Of a DNA stretch of 12,423 nt, positions 7,086 to 12,423 are shown piece after piece; the first letter of the stretch is position 1; each line of letters begins with the position of its first letter. The position numbers and the translations under genes are program-made. The stretch comes from an uncultured Nitrososphaerota archaeon (GTDB lineage: Archaea; Asgardarchaeota; Njordarchaeia; Njordarchaeales; Panguiarchaeaceae), in NCBI GenBank assembly GCA_964636085.1, contig CAZWPQ010000010.1:53764-66186 (forward strand), written 5' to 3'. Below the pieces are notes generated by a model that was given only the letters and a program-made list of their open reading frames with translations, did not search any database and had not been told where the DNA came from.

Positions 7086-8650
7086 TGGATCGAGGGGGTA
7101 TACCATTAAAAATGATAATGGAGTTGCTAGGTAGAGAGGGTATTGAACGTAGGGGATATCAGCTCTGGGTTATTGGTACAATATTACAGGCAATGAATGA
7201 GGGTAAAAATATAATACTTGAGTTAGATGCGGGTATGGGAAAGAGGGTAATATCCTATATTTTGTGTCGAATATTGCCTAAAGAGAAAATCCTCATTGTG
7301 ACGCCTAGCCGTGCATCGGTAAGCGACATGGCATTATTTTTTAAGGATAAATCTGGAAGTGATGAGTGGTTCGGTACAATAATTGGTGGGATGCCGAGAA
7401 GGTTTAAGACGTGGATTGTAAGGAACAGAAGAGTTGTGATCTCTACACCTATTTCACTCATGCATGCGTTAGAAAAGGAGCCACAGTTATGCCGGGATAT
7501 ATCGGTAGTAATCATTAATGAAGTCGATAAGGTACTACGCAGAGTCCCGAGAGACTCCCCGTATGGGCGGCAGTCATCCGCTGGTTGTGGAGTACTCTTT
7601 AAACTAGATCCAGAACATGTGTTGGTACATCCATGGGGAAAGCTGAGGCTGATTCTTCCCTCTAGGGCATGTTGGATTGGTATGAGTGGTACTCTAAGAG
7701 ACCAGCATTACATTTTGACGAGTGAAGGAGTACATTCTAGGGACGAATTACGGACAGTGGTAGAGGCATTATTTCCAAAAAAACCAGTAGTTATAATAAC
7801 TATGGATATGCTGATCGAGAGAACCGATGCAATGAGTTATGTACTGAGGAACATTACGCTGATAAGACCTTTACCTATCCATGATGAAAAAGTAAAGATT
7901 ATCGTTGATTGTATTTCGAGAGAACTAGATGAGGTAACAGAAAAAATCCGGGAGCGATATTGTAGGTTATATGTGGAGGATGCTATACCTGCAAGAGTCC
8001 GCGAAAAGATACACAGAACAATATCACTACTACCCAATAACAATCCACTGAGAGTAAAATTTCTAAGGTTAGCCCTGGCAAGAAGACATATTCTCGCAAA
8101 CACCCCCGATGTGTATAGGAAATTTTTAGCCAAGCCGATGTTCAGAAGGATAATCATGAAATATTCAGGGATGGATCTTCGGGATGTTCTTCCAAATGAA
8201 TCGTCTAAGTTGGATAAAATCGTGGAGATTGTCGAAAGATGGGTAAATATGAACCAAAGCATTGTAGTGGTCTTATCATTTGTGAAGACAGCAATAGCAC
8301 TATGGACTAAACTAAAGAATAAGCAAGTCCCCAATGTACATATTCTCACAGGTAGAACATACAATAAAAGGGCTGTGATTGAAAGTTTCAAAAAGAAGAA
8401 GCCAAGCGTATTGATATTGACACCCGTAGCAGAGAGGGATTTGGACTTTCCAGAAGCAAGCCTTGTTATTATCCACGATATTATTTCCACAGTAAAGAGC
8501 ATGTATCAGCGAATAAAAAGGGCCAGGAGGAGTACTGTAGTTATTACATATTACTCGAATACTTATGAGGAGAAAAAAGTTAAGATATTGTTATCTAGGA
8601 TGATACGGCGATATCCTTGGAGCATAAGAATAGGTAGAGGAGACTTGTAG
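7085..8650 (+). CDS. Superfamily 2 helicase-like protein (Hef/FANCM/RIG-I-like architecture) with degenerate ATPase motifs and no nuclease domain
   Basis: Motifs in SF2 order: Q motif RGYQ; I LELDAGMGKR; Ia LIVTPSR; Ib VVISTP; II VIINEVD; III IGMSGT; helical insertion ending SSKLDKIVEIV; IV VVVLSFVKTA; LTG; V VLILTPVAERDLDFPEASLVIIHD; VI QRIKRARR. ATG at 7085 overlaps the upstream TGA (TGATG); alternative start 7112. Confidence 0.85.
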   Translation: MDRGGIPLKMIMELLGREGIERRGYQLWVIGTILQAMNEGKNIILELDAGMGKRVISYILCRILPKEKILIVTPSRASVSDMALFFKDKSGSDEWFGTIIGGMPRRFKTWIVRNRRVVISTPISLMHALEKEPQLCRDISVVIINEVDKVLRRVPRDSPYGRQSSAGCGVLFKLDPEHVLVHPWGKLRLILPSRACWIGMSGTLRDQHYILTSEGVHSRDELRTVVEALFPKKPVVIITMDMLIERTDAMSYVLRNITLIRPLPIHDEKVKIIVDCISRELDEVTEKIRERYCRLYVEDAIPARVREKIHRTISLLPNNNPLRVKFLRLALARRHILANTPDVYRKFLAKPMFRRIIMKYSGMDLRDVLPNESSKLDKIVEIVERWVNMNQSIVVVLSFVKTAIALWTKLKNKQVPNVHILTGRTYNKRAVIESFKKKKPSVLILTPVAERDLDFPEASLVIIHDIISTVKSMYQRIKRARRSTVVITYYSNTYEEKKVKILLSRMIRRYPWSIRIGRGDL

Positions 8651-8661
8651 GGTTAATAAAA

Positions 8662-9642
8662 ATGCGTTTCGTTATGGGGATCGAAAGTACGGCCCATACA
8701 TTTGGGATAGGTCTTGTATCTCTGGATGAGAAGATAATAGTTGATTTCTCCGATAGCTATGTTCCAGAGAGGGGAGGAATACACCCTAGAGAAGCTGCTG
8801 AGCACCATGCTAAAATTGCTCCAAATTTACTCGGTCGCGCATTAAGGTATTTGAGGAATAACAGAGGGGAGCTTGCTGCAATAGGTTTTTCGCGTGGCCC
8901 TGGATTAGGTCCATGCCTCCGTGTAGGTGCGACATTTGCACGATCTCTCGCAGCATATCTAGATGTACCATTATATGGAGTCCATCATGCTATAGCTCAT
9001 ATCGAGTTGGGAAAAAAACTGACTGGTCTCAAGAATCCACTGGCAATACTAGTGTCTGGCGGGCATACAATTATTGTTTCGAAAGAAAAGGAAAGGTATA
9101 GAGTCTGGGGGGAGACTTTGGATATAACCTTGGGAAATCTAATAGATATGTTCATGATGTTTGCGGGATATACGGCCTTAGCAGGTAGCAAATGTGAGGA
9201 GTTGGCTAGGAAAGCGGAGGATATTTATGAGATACCGTATGTAGTTAAGGGAACAGATTTATCATTCTCTGGAATTCTGTCTGCACTAAAGAGGGCGTTT
9301 AGAATGGGTGTTCCATTGGAGGTATGTTGCAAAAGCTTGCAAGAGACGGCATTTGCTATACTTTGTGAGGTAACCGAGAGGGCATTAGTTCATTCAAAAA
9401 AGAAAGAAATTTTGCTATGTGGAGGTGTTGCAAACAATAGGAGGCTTCAAGATATGATGATGGAGGTGGCTAAGGAGCACGGTGCGAAATTTGCTGTCCC
9501 ATCAAAGTGGAATGGGGATAATGGGGCTATGATAGCATACCTTACACTGCTTTATTATGAAAGTGGGGCTCATCCCCTTGAACTTGGGGAGAGTTATGTG
9601 CTTCCTTTATGGAGGCTGGATAGAATAGAACTTCCGTACTAA
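8662..9642 (+). CDS. kae1: tRNA N6-adenosine threonylcarbamoyltransferase Kae1 (KEOPS subunit), stand-alone
   Basis: MGIESTAHTFG, GGIHPREAAEHH, FSRGPGLGPCL, metal-binding VHHAIAHIE, LVSGGHT, GETLD, PYVVKGTDLSFSG, SLQETAFAILCEVTERAL, GGVANN, DNGAMIA. Confidence 0.97.
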   Translation: MRFVMGIESTAHTFGIGLVSLDEKIIVDFSDSYVPERGGIHPREAAEHHAKIAPNLLGRALRYLRNNRGELAAIGFSRGPGLGPCLRVGATFARSLAAYLDVPLYGVHHAIAHIELGKKLTGLKNPLAILVSGGHTIIVSKEKERYRVWGETLDITLGNLIDMFMMFAGYTALAGSKCEELARKAEDIYEIPYVVKGTDLSFSGILSALKRAFRMGVPLEVCCKSLQETAFAILCEVTERALVHSKKKEILLCGGVANNRRLQDMMMEVAKEHGAKFAVPSKWNGDNGAMIAYLTLLYYESGAHPLELGESYVLPLWRLDRIELPY

Positions 9643-9651
9643 TTGTTGGTG

Positions 9652-9659
9652 TTTAAAAA
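9652..9659 (+). promoter_or_regulatory. Candidate TATA box (TTTAAAAA) for an rpl38e-ahcY-aIF2alpha transcript
   Basis: Consensus-like TATA about 40 nt upstream of ATG 9699 in the 56-nt gap after kae1. Confidence 0.35.
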
Positions 9660-9698
9660 GTATTTTAGTGTTGTTCATTGGTTATTTAGTGGTTGGAA

Positions 9699-9902
9699 AT
9701 GCCTAAGGAGATCACCAATATAGATGACGTTGATAAAATTGCATCAAAAGCCACAGAAATCAGGATAAAGAGACTAAAGGACGTTGTTAAGGTAAAGTTT
9801 AGAACGAAAAAGTACTTATATACCTTAAAACTAACACCTGAAGAATTCGAAAAAATATTTCCTCGACTTAGGGAACTAGGGATAGAGATAAAAGAATTTT
9901 AG
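9699..9902 (+). CDS. rpl38e: 50S ribosomal protein eL38 (L38e)
   Basis: MPKEI...IRIKRLKDVVKVKFRTKKYLYTL matches the eL38 pattern (MP+.I ... +IK+....KFKVR..RYLYTL). ATG at 9699 preferred over TTG at 9693. Confidence 0.92.
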   Translation: MPKEITNIDDVDKIASKATEIRIKRLKDVVKVKFRTKKYLYTLKLTPEEFEKIFPRLRELGIEIKEF

Positions 9903-9917
9903 TGTGGTGTAGCTTCT

Positions 9918-11165
9918 ATGGATTTCTGGATCAAAGATATTGGCCTAGCAGATGAAGGACGTAAGAAGATAGAATGGGCCATGATACATATGCCGACATT
10001 GGAGCTAATAAGACAAGAACTGGTTGAATCGGAAGAGCTAAGGGGCGTAAAAATTGCTGCGTGTTTACATGTAACAAAGGAAACAGCAAATTTAGTAAGG
10101 GTGCTAAGGGAAGCTGGTGCGGAGGTTTATCTGGCAGCGTCTAATCCACTATCCACGCAGGATGATGTAGCAGCTGCACTAGTGAAGTATTATGACATAC
10201 ACGTTTATGCGAAGAGAGGAGAGTCAGAGACTGAGTATCATACAATGGTAAGAAAAGTAGCTGAAGTAAAGCCTGACATAGTTATAGATGATGGTGGCGA
10301 TCTTATCGTTACGATTCATGAGGAGTATGAGGATATAGCTAAAGAAATCATTGGCGGTTCGGAAGAGACAACGACAGGTGTAATAAGGGAAAAGGCATTG
10401 GAAAGAGCTGGGAAGTTACAATTTCCAGTAATTGCTACGAATGATGCTCTCATTAAGAGGATTGTGGATAATAGATATGGTACTGGTCAGTCCGTTATTG
10501 ATGGTATATTGAGAGCAACAAACATATTGATTGCTGGAAAAACTGTAGTTGTTGCTGGATATGGATATGTCGGCAGGGGCATAGCGATGAGGATGAGGGG
10601 GATGGGAGCTAATGTGGTTGTAACTGAGGTAGATCCAATAAAGGCCTTAGAAGCCTACTATGATGGCTTTAGTGTGATGAGCATGGATCACGCAGCAAGG
10701 ATTGGTGATATCTTCATTACGGCCACTGGCAATATAAATGTGATTAGGGAAGAACATATCTCCATAATGAAGAGTGGTGTTATATTATGTAATGCTGGTC
10801 ATTTTAATGTCGAAATTGATTTGTCTGCATTAAGTAGGCTAGCCGAGAAAGTGGAAAAAATCAATTATTGTATGGATAAGTACTACTTAAGGAACGGCAA
10901 TATTGTCTATCTTCTTGGTGAGGGGCGGCTTGTTAATCTTGCGTGTGCTGAGGGGCACCCTAGCGAGGTAATGAATATATCATTTTCACTACAAGCCTTG
11001 GTAGTAAGCTATTTGGCTAAAAAAGGTAGAGAGTTGGAAAGAGGGGTATATATGGTACCCAAGGAGATAGAGGAAAGAGTTGCGACGTTAACTCTCAAAG
11101 CGAAGGGTGTAACTATAGACAAGATGACTGACGAGCAGAGAGAATATGTTACAAGGTGGATTTGA
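9918..11165 (+). CDS. ahcY: S-adenosylhomocysteine hydrolase (adenosylhomocysteinase)
   Basis: [46 protein letters not shown], Rossmann [38 protein letters not shown]. Confidence 0.98.
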   Translation: MDFWIKDIGLADEGRKKIEWAMIHMPTLELIRQELVESEELRGVKIAACLHVTKETANLVRVLREAGAEVYLAASNPLSTQDDVAAALVKYYDIHVYAKRGESETEYHTMVRKVAEVKPDIVIDDGGDLIVTIHEEYEDIAKEIIGGSEETTTGVIREKALERAGKLQFPVIATNDALIKRIVDNRYGTGQSVIDGILRATNILIAGKTVVVAGYGYVGRGIAMRMRGMGANVVVTEVDPIKALEAYYDGFSVMSMDHAARIGDIFITATGNINVIREEHISIMKSGVILCNAGHFNVEIDLSALSRLAEKVEKINYCMDKYYLRNGNIVYLLGEGRLVNLACAEGHPSEVMNISFSLQALVVSYLAKKGRELERGVYMVPKEIEERVATLTLKAKGVTIDKMTDEQREYVTRWI

Positions 11166-11185
11166 TTAATCTATGGGGGATCCGC

Positions 11186-12019
11186 ATGAGTGAAGAGGAA
11201 TTACCGATGCATCAATTTGTGAGGATACTATATGGCAAAGAGGCCCCACGGCCTGGAGAATTGGTTATAGGCATAGTTGCTGATATCCAGGATCATGGAA
11301 TATACGTACAACTACCAGAATACGATAAAACTGCATACATACCCCTAAGGGAGTTGGGGAGAGGAATAGTTAGATCGCCCAGGCAACATTATACTATAAA
11401 TCAGATGGTCGTGGCTAGAGTCTACAAAACTGCCAAGAGGGGTCTATATATAAATGCATCACTTAGACGTTTATCCCAAAAAGAAGCTCAATCAAAACTA
11501 ATGTATTGGCGTAAACTAAATAGATCTCTTCACTTGGCCAAGATAATAGCCGAGGAATTAAACATGGAAACTATTGAAGTTGTAAAGACGATTTTTGCTC
11601 CATTAGCAGAGTACTACGAAACACCGTTCGATGCTCTGGAGGATGCTCTGATAAAAGGCAAAAAAGTGTTAGAGGAATGCGGGATTCCTGACGAATATGT
11701 TGATGCTATATACAAAATAGCGAAGGATAACATACTTATAAGGAAAATGAGGATGAGGTTCATCATAGAGATCGGAACTCTGGCTCCTGATGGCGTAGAA
11801 AGAATAAAAAGAGCGCTCATTGAAACACTAAAACAATTTAGAGGATTAACAGTGAAGTATGAAAGTGCACCAAGATATATGGTGTGGGTTGAGGGTTTTG
11901 AGAGATCTACAATAAAGAGAAGATTCATGGAGTTTGTAGAAAAACTGGAGGAAAGTTTGCTCTCATACCCCGATGCACGAAGGTATATGACCTACGTAAG
12001 GGTTCCCGAGCAACGATAA
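11186..12019 (+). CDS. eif2a: Translation initiation factor 2 subunit alpha (aIF2-alpha), divergent
   Basis: N-terminal S1 domain PRPGELVIGIV...GIYVQLPEY...VVARV...YINASLRR; helical middle domain; C-terminal TLAPDGVERIKRAL and YESAPRY. ATG at 11186 follows SD GGGGGA. The ORF-track start at 11156 overlaps ahcY. Confidence 0.93.
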   Translation: MSEEELPMHQFVRILYGKEAPRPGELVIGIVADIQDHGIYVQLPEYDKTAYIPLRELGRGIVRSPRQHYTINQMVVARVYKTAKRGLYINASLRRLSQKEAQSKLMYWRKLNRSLHLAKIIAEELNMETIEVVKTIFAPLAEYYETPFDALEDALIKGKKVLEECGIPDEYVDAIYKIAKDNILIRKMRMRFIIEIGTLAPDGVERIKRALIETLKQFRGLTVKYESAPRYMVWVEGFERSTIKRRFMEFVEKLEESLLSYPDARRYMTYVRVPEQR

Positions 12020-12047
12020 TTAATCCACAGGAGGGGTATATTGTATT

Positions 12048-12227
12048 CTACTTCTTTCCTCCCTTACGATGTATTGTCCACTTTACCTTTCTTGGATCCC
12101 GACCTAAGAGAAAGTTTTTCTTGCATTTACCTGAACAAAATGTGTAAACCCTTCCACGTTTAGTAACATATATGTACTTAGTAGCAGGATTTATAATTTC
12201 GCGTCCACAAAAACTGCATTTTTCCAT
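12048..12227 (-). CDS. rpl24e: 50S ribosomal protein eL24 (L24e)
   Basis: Manual translation MEKCSFCGREIINPATKYIYVTKRGRVYTFCSGKCKKNFLLGRDPRKVKWTIHRKGGKK* (59 aa) shows the CxFCG...FCSxKC...R.PRKxxWT signature. GGTG SD upstream; follows rps28e. Confidence 0.96.
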   Translation of the reverse strand: MEKCSFCGREIINPATKYIYVTKRGRVYTFCSGKCKKNFLLGRDPRKVKWTIHRKGGKK

Positions 12228-12256
12228 GGCCTAGCACCAAAAATTTTGTAGAGCGC

Positions 12257-12423
12257 TCATCTAGAGCGCGCCTTAATTTTGGGTACTTCTCTTTCCCATT
12301 CCCGAAGCATTAATATGTCGCCAACCCTTACAGGCCCCTTCACGTTCCTAGTGATTATCCTTCCTTTATCTTTACCAGCCATGATACGGCATCTCACACG
12401 AATAACCTCTCCTGCGCGCCCAT
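12257..12423 (-). CDS. rps28e: 30S ribosomal protein eS28 (S28e), partial (5' end beyond the window)
   Basis: Manual translation ...[54 protein letters not shown] carries the eS28 signature [13 protein letters not shown].L.E.ERE. Confidence 0.96.
   Translation of the reverse strand, partial: GRAGEVIRVRCRIMAGKDKGRIITRNVKGPVRVGDILMLREWEREVPKIKARSR

Noticed and set aside
7255-8502. Antisense ORFs 7255-7515 and 7837-8502 (221 aa, hydrophobic)
   Set aside because: They mirror the helicase-like gene. The I/L/F/S/T richness is the expected complement of K/E/R-rich codons, not evidence of a membrane protein.
7085-8650. Calling the helicase-like gene a pseudogene or a canonical Hef
   Set aside because: No stops or frameshifts and tight operon packing argue against a pseudogene. 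The missing ERCC4 nuclease domain and non-canonical motifs argue against canonical Hef.
8913-9191. ORFs 8913-9101 (+, Cys-rich) and 8997-9191 (-)
   Set aside because: Alternative frames inside kae1 with no independent support.
11614-11928. 104-aa antisense ORF
   Set aside because: Shadow of aIF2-alpha.
12421-12423. Terminal CAT as the start codon of rps28e
   Set aside because: Out of frame with the eS28 reading frame; the real start lies beyond the window.
1-12423. tRNA/rRNA genes, CRISPR arrays, transposases, integrases, inteins
   Set aside because: Intergenic gaps are short and AT-rich, with no cloverleaf, repeat-spacer pattern or mobile-element motifs seen by eye. Small ncRNAs cannot be excluded without a covariance-model search.

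Overview
Archaeal chromosomal window, AT-rich and gene-dense. GGTG/GGAG Shine-Dalgarno motifs and eL38 suggest a TACK- or Asgard-related lineage (inference). Most genes serve translation, tRNA modification or cofactor metabolism. In order: partial alaS (-, missed by the ORF track); an unknown Pro/Glu-rich coiled-coil protein (-); a divergent COG2517-like EMAP/Trbp111 tRNA-binding protein (+); a CoaD-DUF359 (dephospho-CoA kinase) fusion (-); a long archaeosine TGT (-). A + strand run follows: membrane zinc-ribbon protein, Hef/FANCM-like SF2 helicase with degenerate catalytic motifs, kae1, rpl38e, ahcY and aIF2-alpha. It meets rpl24e and partial rps28e (-, both missed by the ORF track) convergently. 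No mobile elements, CRISPR arrays or RNA genes were seen. The best candidate for an undescribed system is the probable pseudo-helicase (GKR, NEVD, QRIKRARR), translationally coupled to the membrane zinc-ribbon gene and lying between tgtA and kae1. Also notable is an AlaRS apparently lacking the G3:U70-reading Asp. All family assignments come from manual translation and recalled motifs; no searches were run.
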